From Vicugna vicugna (Eukaryota), in NCBI GenBank assembly GCA_013265495.1, contig MU058213.1:3720001-3784000 (forward strand): a stretch of 64,000 nt of DNA, read 5' to 3'. Below the pieces are notes generated by a model. The model was not told the DNA's origin and searched no databases. It worked only from the letters and a program-made list of their open reading frames with translations. Both the position numbers and the translations under genes were made by a program. Below are positions 40,804 through 52,658 of the stretch, piece by piece. Position 1 is the stretch's first letter. The number at the start of each line of letters is the position of its first letter.

Positions 40804-41060
40804 GGCGGCGCCCCTCAGCCCCCCGCCGCCGCCTCCTGTCAGCGGCTGGGGCTTGGGGGGTGAGGAGGGGGCGTCTGAAGACGAGGTGGGGGGGCGAGGC
40901 TCCCCCAAATCCAAGGAGAACGGTTGCTCAGGGACTTCGCGGCCCGCCTTCCTTTCTTGCCCCCGGGGCTTTCTACTCCGGAGCCCCGCGCTGCTGCAGC
41001 CCCAGGCTCGGCTCCACGCCACTCCCCACGCCGCCCCCGCCGCCGCTCGCTCCCGGCCCG

Positions 41061-41093
41061 GCCGCCGCCGCCGCCGCCGCGGCCGCCGCTGCC
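41061..41093 (+). repeat. (GCC)6 plus imperfect units; CGG/GGC repeat on the RFX7 sense strand
   Basis: gccgccgccgccgccgccgcggccgccgctgcc. Confidence 0.9.
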
Positions 41094-41217
41094 CTGCCAG
41101 CCCCGGAGGCAGCCCAGTGCGCGCAGCCGCACTGCGGCCCGGCGCAGACGGCAAAACACCTACCGCTTGGCCGCGGGGGGGGCGTGGACCAGTGTGTGCG
41201 GGATACGGGCGCGGGCG

Positions 41218-41385
41218 NNNNNNNNNNNNNNNNNNNNNNNNNNNNNNNNNNNNNNNNNNNNNNNNNNNNNNNNNNNNNNNNNNNNNNNNNNNNNNNNNNN
41301 NNNNNNNNNNNNNNNNNNNNNNNNNNNNNNNNNNNNNNNNNNNNNNNNNNNNNNNNNNNNNNNNNNNNNNNNNNNNNNNNNNNNN
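41218..41385. other. Assembly gap (other gaps at 40629-40654 and 57521-57551)
   Basis: Runs of N. Confidence 1.
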
Positions 41386-42904
41386 GAGAGAAAGAGAACT
41401 TGCGTGAGGAGAAGGAGGAGGAGAAACCAAATTTAATATTTGGCGTGGAAATGTGTTGGTTTTTTTTTTTTTTTGTCTTTTTGCATCCTCCAAGCAAGTA
41501 AAGTGAAATCAGTCAACACTATCACCCCTTCCCTCGACAAGCGAGGATTACTTTCTCCCTGGGTAAAGGAAGAGAAATGAAGCAGGTAAGAGGATAAGCT
41601 GACTTTTCAGAAGCCCCCAAAGAAGAACACCCGTTGGAATTAACCACCCTTTAGGTAATTCGGTCTTGAACGGAAATCGCAAGTCAGGAGCTGGGTTGAG
41701 TGCTCCTCGGTCGGGCATTCAAAGCCCTCCAAATCTGGCCCCACTTTAGCTATCCAATCATAGCTGCCTCCATCCCCCTGCAAGAACTCCCAGCTCCAAT
41801 CAGTGAAGTCTCCATGCCATTCTCCACGCGCAGCAGACTCATTCTTCCTTCGTGCCTTTGCTCATGCTGTTCCTCTCACCTCCCTCCCCACCCCACCCCC
41901 TTTCCAGGAATGCCCTCCCACCTCCTCTATACCGCTCTCCAGCCAACCCAGGCTCTCAAGTCGCGGCTTGTCAGGGTCCCTGGCAGCCAAGGCCCCTGCC
42001 TGCCTCGGAAAGAAACGCGTGTAGTTCTCGTAACATGGAGGCTCAGGCTCCAGCCACGAGCTCCTTCCTTGGAAGCACATGTGAACCTCTGGACGCGTTC
42101 TCTGCTTCCCACCTCCCACCCCGCCTCATCCTTGAGAGATAGCTTTGCCAACTAAGAGTAAGACTTCCTGCCAGAAACATGCAAGTCCCCTTTAAGAGCA
42201 GAAGAATTGGCTTTTCTAGGTGGGGCTGATCAGGGAGGCCTAAACTGCCTGGGTGTAGAAGACAACAGCCAAGGCCTTTGGCACCAGATGGAACAGCTGC
42301 TCAGCTCACGCTGACCTTTATCTGGGCCTGTGGGTGTAATGAGCTCTTCAGCTTTAACTTTTCTGACCGTTTCTATCAGGTTTCTACCTGTCAGATTCTC
42401 TGGCCACTTTCCTGCAGTGCTTGGACTTTGGGCAGTGAGTCTCTGCCACCTTTTAGACTCCTCGTGGGTGGGGAATCTGATTGGCTTGTGCTTCTTGGCC
42501 TTTGGAGTTCTCAGTTCCCTGCCTTGGCCTGGAACCTTTTTGCTTTTGCACCACTGTGCCCTCAGTCCTGACTCATGAACTCCACTCCCAGATTCACCCT
42601 GAATTCTTGCACATGGCGGGAGTAGGGGGACTAAGAGGGAGGAGGGACACCTGTGTGCAAAACAGCTCCTCCATGAGGATTCTAAGCCCCTTGGAGTCCT
42701 TTGCACCCTAAAACCCATGGCACTAATTTTGTCACACAAACGAGCCCCCTTTTCCATAACCTAAGGTTACTACTAGCTTAGTCATTTTTGGAAAATATAG
42801 GTTGTTTATTAACTCATTTTGCATATATACCCTTGTGTCCTATGTAGACAGTTTTTTTTTGATAGATGTGGTGTTCACTAGACAGAATCTTTGAAGAATT
42901 AAAA

Positions 42905-43110
42905 TAGCTAATGTTTACTGAGCACGTTCACTGTGCAAGACCTAGCACTTTCCATACTTTATAGTTACTCCTCCCCAAACCGTATAATGTAAGTACCATT
43001 CTCCCCTAGTTTATAGATGGAGCAGAAGCTTAGAGAGGTTAACATCTTAACGTTACCCAGTGAGGTAAATGAGGGAGCCAGGATTTGAATCCTGAGATCT
43101 AATGCCAGAA
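42905..43110 (-). mobile_element. MIR SINE
   Basis: 'agctaatgtttactgagcac', 'gcttagagaggttaa', 'gagccaggatttgaatcc'. Confidence 0.8.
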
Positions 43111-43488
43111 CCTACAAGCCATGCTGAAAGTGAGGTTCTACTGAAAAACCTTCAATGTATATATAAGCTCTATATCCTTGGGGAAGATGGAGGAAGTAAA
43201 AAGGCATTGCGGAAAGTTGCCAAATCCCCCAGGTTCTAATTTTTTTTACCTTGCCAAGAGAGAATGATGGCTCCACATTGCCACACCCTGGGAGGGGGAG
43301 ACCCTAGGGAGTGGGAGATTCATCCAAGAAGGGTAATGTATCTGAGACTTGCCAAAGGCCTTAAGAAAAGGAAACTGAGAGCCAAGACGTTTCTTTAAAA
43401 ATTCGCTACCGGTGTCACACAAGCTGGCTTCCCAAGTGCAACTTCTGGGTTTTTTATAGGTTCCATAAAAGAGTGATGTCATCCCAGC

Positions 43489-43539
43489 AGCCACTAGAGG
43501 GCACAGCAGAGCTGCAACCCCGAGCTGCCCTCTGGCGGC
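43489..43539. promoter_or_regulatory. Two CTCF core motifs in convergent orientation
   Basis: + AGCCACTAGAGGGCACA (43489-43505); - GCCGCCAGAGGGCAGC (43524-43539). Confidence 0.75.
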
Positions 43540-44129
43540 GGTGCTGACGAGAGGGTATCCTTGAGCCTGTGGGGTCTTGATTCAGGGGCGGACAGGAGGT
43601 TGGAGGGGACATCTGGGACTCTTTTAGGTTCAACCAGCAGTAGGAGGGGTGGCAGACTGAAGAGGTCTATTTGCCAGAATGGACATCCTTGCAGGGAGGT
43701 TTTAAAGGGTCAGCCCTCACTGCTCACTTAACATCTGGGAGTAGAATGTGTGTTTTGTTACTGTCTTCACAGAGGACCGTGAATAGAGTTAGGCCTCTGG
43801 GAACCTAAAAGAAGTCTGATGACGTTACCCAAGTTCTTGGATGAGGACTCAAACCTAGACACCTTGCAGTGTAGCAGTGTAGCCATGGTGCTTCTGAAAT
43901 TGTCTGTATCCCCTCTGGTTATGAAACCCTGTACAAAGTTCCCTCTGGGACCTGGAATCAATGTGGCTCATTTACTCGGGCCTTGACTCAGTGAGGAGTA
44001 ATGGAAAACATCACAGTAGGCATGAATTTTCAAGAGAACACACTAGATTTTGAGCTTATAGATTTCCTAGAGTGTAAGTCTACTCACCCTTTGAAAGTAA
44101 ACTCCTGTGGAAACTTTTGAGAAACACTG

Positions 44130-44300
44130 ATGTTGTGTGAAAGAAAGCCTCCAGTCTGGGAGTCAAAAAACCTAAGGATTCAAGCCCTCTGTTTCCAGCT
44201 CTATAAAAATGAAAATCATGATCTACCTCACAGTGTGGTTGTGAGAAACAACATGTAAGGTGATATCTAAACCAGGGAAGTGCTATACATAGAGAAAGAC
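44130..44300 (+). mobile_element. MIR SINE fragment
   Basis: 'ctgggagtcaaaaaacctaaggattcaagccc', 'ctataaaaatga...atctacctcacagtgtggttgtgag'. Confidence 0.7.
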
Positions 44301-46559
44301 AATCTGCAAGGTGGATTGTGAGCACCTTGAAGCTAGTGGTTATGTTTTATTTATCCTGGTAGTCCTGGGACACAATTCCTTACTCCTAGGTGTTTGGTAA
44401 ATATTTGCTGAGTTCAAAAGTTACTTAACTTTCTTATTCCGGTACATCATACCATCTTGCTCTCTTATGTCTGTAAACCTTGTCTCTTTTGTGAAATTAA
44501 ACTTTTTATACTGTCTGGACTGTAGCATATACATTTATAATACATTTATTATATTTGATACATAAAAGAATCAGGCACAGAAAACATAAATAGATTAGAT
44601 ATGTGGGTAGATTGATAGATAAGCCCTGGTCCCAACTTGAAGTGTTTTACAGTCTGGGGAGCAGAGAGACCTCTTAATATATGTTACACAAGATTTTGAG
44701 TATAATGGAGGGAGGGATTGGTCCTGCTCAGGAAAAAGATCTATGTGGAGAAGGCCTCTTGGCTAGCGTTTGAGTGGGGGTCTCCTTGGGTGAATAGAAG
44801 TTCAAGAGGCAAAGGACTAAGGGAAGATGGTTTCAGGTCAAGGAGCAGCATGAACACTGGTGTGAGGCCAGGCAGGAAGGGGCACCTGGGCTGAGCCCAT
44901 GATGCAGAGCCCAGCGCAAAGGAGTGTGCAGGGGAGGGAGGCATAGGGCCGCTTTACAAAGTGTTACTCTGTGTTCTAAGTTACAGTTGTTCTGACGAAA
45001 GAAAGATGAGGCCTGAAATAAGCTTCATCAGAAGTAAATCTTGGTTAAGTGCTTAAATGTAAGTTTAATTTCCACAAATTATGGTGGTTTACAGATATGG
45101 AAAAGATAAGTTTCTACACTCTTCTTTTTTCCTCCATTAAAAATGAAAATGAAGCATTCCCTCATCCTCTTTTCCTTTGATCATTACTCTCTCGGCCTTC
45201 TTCCATTGCAAACTTTTCCCTCTAGTTGCTGTGAGTATAATAAGTGATCATCTGCCCATTATTGTTGTAGGGAATAGGGAAGGAAGGCTTCCCCCCCCAA
45301 AAAAAATTATTTCTCCGTGTCACAAAGTGATGGTTCATCTCTCTGGGCTAAGCTGTTGTCTTTCAAAATGCATATAGTCCTAGGGAAGCTAATCTATTAA
45401 GTTCCAATGCTGTCATGTGATTGAGTTTTCAGTTTTTTACTAGCATTAGAGGGAGAAAGGCGAGGGCAGTGGGGAAGAAGACAATGAAGAGGAAGACAGA
45501 TTGCAAAAGAGGGAGTTTGGAAGGTTCAAAAACCAAGTGCATATTGGCAAATTTGGATACATTTTCTCCATGCCATACTTAACTAATGTTAGTATGATGT
45601 GAAAATGTGAATTCTCCTGTTAGAGCACAAATACTCCATTATGTCATTAAAACAATGGTTTGTTAAGGCAAAGAAAGTAACCTGACTTTCCAAATACTGG
45701 GCAAGGCAGCAGGGTGTTAACAACACTGTCACTACCCGGCTATGTGACCCTAACTACACAGGCCATTCTGTCGGGTCCCTGTACTTATCTCTAAGGATTA
45801 GTAGGCTAAAGTTCTCATAATGTACTTGGCCCTCCAAGTGAAAGGCATTATGAAAATGAACGCCAGGTACTGCTTTGATTTCACTTAGAAATTTTCCCCT
45901 GTTGTTACAATACACATGTGTATGTTGTGACCCATGTTCTCTTTATACTAAAGAAGGGTAAAGTTAATATCATCTGTCTGAATTTTAAAGGAAATGTTTA
46001 CTTTTACTTGGGGTCAGAAAGGTCCCAAGTAGAAATTTGATATCTTGGAAATTCCGGCCAGCAGCTGCTGTGAACAGAAGCCGGTAAAGTAAAAGCATAT
46101 TTACCTAACCCTAAAAGTGACAATGAAAAGATACCAGAGCCAATCCTACAATGAGGAGGTCAGCTCTGGTGCAGTCTGAACTTGTGGAGCCTAATCAGTA
46201 ATCCACAAAGTCTATTATACCTCAGTTCATTTCAAGATGCATTTAAATACCTTTTATATACAAATTATTATGCTGAGACCTCAGAAAGATTTAAAAATAA
46301 ATGGTAAATACGGTATTGTTCGAATCTTCAAGAATTTCATAATCTAATTGGAACACTAGACATATCAGCCAACGTGTATTTTTAAATGTGAAGTTAAAAT
46401 ACAGGGGACAAACAAACAAAAAATAAACGTGTGACAGGATAATTTATTAAGCTATGAATTTGGTTTATGTTCTCGTTATATTCTTCACCACCCCACCCCA
46501 CCCAACCCCTGTTCCAAACAGGCTTCAACAGTTTTGTGTTTTTAGGCAGAAATAAGTTG

Positions 46560-46680
46560 ATGGGAATTCTCTCTTAGACAACTCCAGGGGGCACTGTTCA
46601 CATTGTAATTGAAGCCTCCTGGACCACAACTCCTGAGAATGCACTGTCCTTGTTATCCCTGGAGTTGTGCTCAATAGTTT
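46560..46680. mobile_element. Palindromic hAT-Tip100 MITE remnant (MER91-like)
   Basis: 12-bp inverted repeat ACAACTCCAGGG (46578-46589) / CCCTGGAGTTGT (46657-46668) around 'ggcactgttcacattgta'. Confidence 0.55.
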
Positions 46681-47578
46681 ACCTTCCAGATATCTTGCTC
46701 TTAGAGGAGATTTTGCTAAGGGTTAAAGAGGTAGGGGCACCTGGGGAGTGAAGGAAAGGAGGAAAGAGAGAAGGAAGGAGGGATTGTGGGTAGGTGGAAT
46801 TACTGCGAAAGAAAACTGAAAAAGAATCAAAGGTCAGAGCGTCAGTACTGGGGACAACAGCCTTGTTTTATGACCCTACGAAGGATGGATCCCCCTGCCA
46901 CTGCCACCATTTGTCCCTCAGCAGAGCTGTTGCTGGGCTTCTAGGGACCACATCTCCCTGAACAATGAAGATGTCAAAGTTCACCTTCCCCCAGATTCTA
47001 GGCTCAACATCCATCTTCCATCTTCCAGACTCTACTACTTTCCTAGGGAGGAAGGCAGGGAAGCCCAGTGGTAACTGGGATTGGGTTTCCTTCTGCTTCA
47101 GCAGAATTAAGGGTAGGATCACTTAAGTCAGAGGTGAATTGAATTTGATTTAAACAAAATAAGGAAACGTGACATTGATTGCACAGCCCAATTTGTCCTT
47201 ACAAATTGATACCTAGCTAGTGGTGGATACTGTGTACAAAACAATATTAAGTGAGAGGTAAGATGGAGAATCACAGTGAATGGCTCAGCAAATAACTGCT
47301 GAGGGATTTAAGAGAAGGAAAAGAGTGGAAGGAGCTCCAATGAAGGGAGGTGGCTTCACGAAGGACTTGGGACATAACTGGAGTGTAAGGAGAGGGAAGG
47401 AGTTTAGGAAAGTGGGAGAAAGAGTGGAGAAAAGGCAGAAGGGACAGGCAGTGTGAACAGAAGCAGGAAAATGAGTGTGACTCTGAAGAGAAACAGGAGA
47501 CTGGCCTAATGGAAGTGAAGAGCTGATGATAAAGGTTGCATTGGGTACCAGATTCCAAGTCTGTGTTTCCATGCTCAC

Positions 47579-48041
47579 TGTGTAAGGCAGGGATCCATCA
47601 GAAAACAACCAGTAGAATATATTATAAATTTCTTGTAATATTATTATGATCATATATTTGTCATAATATTTATTGTAATTATTATAATATATATTTTAAA
47701 GAAATTGGCTTACGTAATTGGAGGGGCCAACAAGCCCAGTTTGTAAGGCAGACCAACAGGCTAGCAGGCCAGCAATTCTTGGGCATCAGCGGAAGCTGCA
47801 GGCCACAGGTGGAATTTCTTCCGCCTTAGGAAAAATCTTAGTTTTGTACTTGAGGCCTTTCACTTGATTAGGGTGGAACACCCTTGGAATATCAAGGATA
47901 ATCTCCTTTACTTAAAGTCAGCTGACTGTAGATGTTAACGACAACTAACAAAATTCCTTCACAGCAGCACCTAGGTTAGTGTTTAATTAAATAAGTGGTA
48001 CATTAGCCTAGCCAAGCTGACGCATAAAAGTAACAATCACA
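47579..48041 (-). mobile_element. ERVL solo LTR (MLT2C/D-like)
   Basis: 'aagaaattggcttacgtaatt', 'gataatctcctttacttaaagtcagctgactgtagatgttaa', 'ctagccaagctgacgcataaaagtaacaatcaca'. Confidence 0.85.
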
Positions 48042-48414
48042 TTAACTCTTCATGTCATCCCTGGGGTATTTGAGAAGAGGAGGAAGTCTTCGGACTTCCT
48101 TCTTACCGACCTCAGGAAAGATCATTACCTATGAAGTAGGCCAACTGGTCTCATTGTGGGATATGTTTATCTTCTGTGCTCTTTTTGTACATGAATGTAC
48201 TTATTCCCAGGGACTTTCTAGTTTTCTTTATCCTTTTCCCTCACTGCCATTACCTGAAATTATGCCAAGTGAGTACTATGGTTTGCTGTTTGTATGATTT
48301 TTTTTAATCTTTTATCTTTTGTTTTTCCTATTTATAATACCTCTCATTGTATCTGTTAGCATCATTCTCCTAAGTTGGTCAAGCCCTCAGGTTGCTGCTG
48401 GCTTTTAAAGGGCT

Positions 48415-51400
48415 CTATTTTTTTTTATTGTTTATATATATCTTTATTGAAGTACAGTCAGTTTACAATGTTGTTTCGATTTCTGGTGTACAGCATAATG
48501 CTTCAGTCTTACATGAACACACATATATGCATTTTCATGTTCTTTTTCATTAAAGGTCATTACAAGATACTGAATATAGTTCCCTGTGCTATACAGTATA
48601 AACTTGTTATTTATTTTTATATATATTAGTTATTATCTGCAAATCTCGAACTCCAAATTTATCCCTCTCCACCCCCTTCCCCCCGCTGGCAATCATAAGT
48701 TTGTTTTCTATGTCTATGAGTCTGTTTTTGTTTTGTAAATAAGTTCATTTGTCTTTTTTTAGAGTCCACATATGAGAGATATCATATAGTATTTTTCTTA
48801 CTCTTTTTTGCTTACTTCACTTAGAATGGTGATGTCTAGATTGATCCATATTGCTACAAATGGCATTATTTTATTTTTTATGACTGAGTAGTATTCCTTC
48901 CTATAAATATGCCACAACTTCTTTATCCAGTCATGTGTTGATGGACATTTAGGTTGCTTCCATGTCTTGGCTGTTGTATATAATGCTGCTATGAACATTG
49001 GGGTGCATGTATCTTTTTGAATTAGAGCTCTCTCTGGATACGTGACCTGAAGTGGGATTGCTGGATCATATGGTAACTTTATTTTTAGTTTTTTGAGGAA
49101 TCTCCATGCTATTTTCCATAATGGCTGCACCAAACTGCATTCCCACGAGCAGTGTAGGAGGGTTCCCTTTTCTCCACACCCTCTCCAGCATTTATTGTTC
49201 ATGGACTTTAGAACGATAACCATTCTGACTGGTGTGAGATGATACCTCATTGTAGTTTTGATTTGCATTTCTCTGCTAATTAGCAATATTGAGCATTTTT
49301 TCATGTGCCTATTGGCCATTTGTATGTCTTCACTGGAGAATTGTTTGTTTAGGCCTTCTGCCCATTTTTAGATTGAGTTGTTTGTTTTTTTTGTTACTAA
49401 GTTGTATGAGCTGTTTATATATTCTGGAAATTAAACCTTTGTCAGTCGCATCATTGGCAAATATTTTCTCCCATTCGGTAGGTTGTCTTTTTGTTTTGCT
49501 TATGGTTTCCCTTGCTGTGCAAAAGCTTATAAGTTTAATTAGGTCCCATCTGTTAATTTTTGCTTTTATTTCTATTGCCTGAGTAGACTGTCCTAAGAGA
49601 ACATTGCTAAGATTTATGTCAGAGAATGTTTTGCCTATGTTTTCTTCTGGGAGGTTTACCTCATCTTATATTTAAGTCTTTAAGCCATGTTGAGTTTATT
49701 TTTGTATACGGTGTGAAGGGGTGTTCTAACTTCATTGATTTACATGCTGTTGTCCAGTTTATTGCTGTGCAAAAAAGTTTAATAAGTTTAATTAGGTCCC
49801 ATTTATTCATTTTTGCTTTTATTTCTATTGCCTCAGTAGACTGTCCTAAGAGAACATTGCTAAGATTTATGTCAGAGAATGTTTTGCCTATGTTTTCTTC
49901 TGGGAGGTTTACCTCATCTTATATTTAAGTCTTTAAGCCATGTTGAGTTTATTTTTGTATACGGTGTGAAGGGGTGTTCTAACTTCATTGATTTACATGC
50001 TGTTGTCCAGTTTTCCCAACACCACTTGCTGAAGAGACTGTCTTTTCTCCATTATATATTTTTGCCTCCTTTGTTGAAGATTAATTGACCATGGGTCTGT
50101 GGGTTTATTTCTGGGCTCTCTATTCTGTTTTGCTGTTCCATATGTCTGTTTTTATGCCAGTACGACACTGTTTTGATTACTGTAGCTCTGTAGTATTATC
50201 TAAAGTCTGGATTATTCCTCCAGCTTCATTATTTTTCTTCAGTATTGCTTTGGCAATTCTGGATCTTTTGTGATTTCATATTAATTTTAGGATTATTTGT
50301 TCTAATTCTGTGAAAAATGTCATGCGTAATTTGACAGGGATTGCATTAGGCAGTAGATTGCCTTGGGAAGTATGGCCAGTTTACAATATTGATTCTTCCA
50401 ATCCAAGAGCACGGGATATCTTTCCATTTATTTAAGTCATCTCAATTTCCTTAGTCAACATTTTGTAGTTTTCCCTGTATAAGTCTTTCACCTCCTTGGT
50501 CAGATTTATTCCTAAGTCTTTTATTGTTTTGGATGTGATTTTAAAAGGGATTGTTTCTTTACTTTCTTTTCCTGCTATTTCATTGTTAGTGTAAAGAAAT
50601 GCAACTGATTCTGTATGTTAATCTAGTACCCTGCTACCTTGCTTAATTCTTTTATCAGCTCTAGTAGTTTTTGTGTTGAGCTTTTAAGGTTTTCTATATA
50701 TAGTATCATTTCATCCACATATAATGACAGTTTTACCTCTTCTCTTCCAATATGGATCCCTTTTATTTCTTTTTCTTGCCTGATTGCTCTGGCTAGGATT
50801 TCCAAGATTATGTGGAATAGAAGTGGTGAGAGTGGGCATCCTTGCCTTGTTCCAGATTTTAGCAGAAGGCTTTCAGCTTTTCACTGTTGTGTATTATGCT
50901 GGCTGTGGGTTTGTCACAAATAGCTTTTATTACATTGAGATATGTTCCCTCTATATCCACCTTGGTAAGAGTTTTTATCATAAACTGGCGTTGAATTTTA
51001 TCAAATGCTTTTTTTGCATCTGTTGAGATGATCATGTGATTTTTGTCCTTTCTCTTGTTGATGTGGTGTATCACGTTGATTAATCTGCGTATGTTGAAAT
51101 CCTTGTGGCCCTGGGATGAATCCAACTTGATCATGGTGTATGATCTTTTTTATGTCCTGTTGGATTCTGTTTGCTAATATTTTGTTGAGAATTTTTGCAC
51201 CTATGTTTGTCAATGATATTGGCCTGTAATTTTCTCTTTGGTGTGTCTTTGTTTGGCTTTGGTATCAGGGTAATGGTGGCTTCATAGAATAACTTTGGGA
51301 GTATTCCCTCCTTTTCAGTCTTTTGGAAGAGTTTGAAAATGATCAGTGTGTGGTTTTTTTTTTTGTATGTTTGGTAGAATTCCCCAGTGAAGCCATCTGG

Positions 51401-51632
51401 TCCTGGACTTTTGTTTGCAGGGAGGTTTTTTATTGCTAATTCTATTTCATTTCTAATGATTGGTTTGTTCAAGTCGTCTATTTCTTCTTGATTCAGTCTT
51501 GGTGGCCTGTAAGTTTCCAGAAACTTGTCAATTTTTTATAGAGGTTGTCCAATTTGTTTCCGTATATTTGTTCTTAGTATTCTCTTGTGGGTTTTTATTT
51601 TTTTTGTATCTCTGTGGTATTGGTTGTAATTT
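48415..51632 (-). mobile_element. Relatively young 5'-truncated L1 (RT domain to 3'UTR), disrupted
   Basis: ORF2p peptides 'KSPGPDGFTGEFYQT', '[10 protein letters not shown]', '[14 protein letters not shown]', '[14 protein letters not shown]'; frameshifted. Confidence 0.95.
49512..50013. repeat. Tandem direct duplication of about 250 bp within L1
   Basis: Copies about 49512-49760 and 49762-50013; identical peptide starts in ORFs 49626 and 49879 (offset 253). Confidence 0.93.
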
Positions 51633-51737
51633 TGGCTTAATGTATTCTTGCCCATCAGGTGATATAAATCCAGGCTACATATCCATGGGAGGATAAACTG
51701 CATAGTCACAAATTCTTAGAGAAGGTTTTAATCCCCT

Positions 51738-51838
51738 CTATTTTTCTTCTTCTCACTCCTCCTCTCCCTCTCCCTCCCATCTTCCTTGTCCCTTCCCCTC
51801 CCCTTCCTCCTCCTTCTCTTCCTCTTTCTTCTTTTTCC
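51738..51838 (+). repeat. About 100-nt polypyrimidine (CT-rich) tract
   Basis: Almost pure C/T, ending in 'tttttccag'. Confidence 0.85.
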
Positions 51839-52658
51839 AGCACCAAAATAGTGTTCTTTGTAGAGACTCCCCTGGAAGTTGGAATTAGAGAACATTTACT
51901 TGTTTTATCCCTATCTTGAGAGTATAGCCTTTTACAGCCTCAGTTTAGTTTGTGTAAATCTTCTACTAGACTCCACACCTCCCACTAAGAATTTGACATC
52001 TGTCCCCAGCACCCTTCAAGTATGCCAAACCAAATTCAAGTTTTCCAGGAATGACAAAGCCCTCAGGCCAAAAGTGGCTTTGGTGTTGTTTACTTGTCTC
52101 CCTGGATTTCAGCTTTCCCTTTTATTTTGGCCTGGTAGTTCCTTATGATCTGGTCAGTTCTTTAATGCTCTTAATTAAAACATATATATTATATTCAGCA
52201 TTTTTTGGTGTTTTCAGTAAGAGCATTAGTTCAGATACTTACCTGACATGACACAAAATTATATTCCTCAACAAATTCTTTATTATGAACACATTAGTTT
52301 TGCAATTTAAAAAATTATGGGTGAAGCCTTAGGTTATTTGAAGAGTAAGTAAGTCACAAGAGAATACATGATCATTACCAAAAGAAGAAATACAGTGATA
52401 ATTATTTCCTGTAAGTTCTGAAGAAGATGAAATCACCAGTTTGAAATAGTTTGACAAGTTTAATGGCAGAAGGTGATTTAAAGTGCAAGGTAGACCGGTG
52501 GATTTGATGTAATGGGATAAAAGATATTTCATTAACTTTCATGGCTTCACCTTTATTTAGCTCATGATCAAATCTGTGTGACTGGAAGCTATGTTGAGAT
52601 ATGAATCTATGGGGTTTTCATCTCAGTATTTCCCTTCTCCACACCTCTCATTCAAGCA

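Larger units (their letters stand above)
40774..41217 (-). other. RFX7: Probable non-coding 5' exon(s) of RFX7
   Basis: Minus-strand donors GCC|GTGAGG (40774/40773) and GCG|GTAGGT (41164/41163); (CCT)n polypyrimidine tract and CAGCAG acceptor before the ATG. The TSS cannot be determined from sequence. Confidence 0.55.

Noticed and set aside
42230..42757. 175-aa minus-strand ORF upstream of RFX7
   Set aside because: No recognisable homology or splice/promoter support; plausible by chance in moderately GC-rich DNA.
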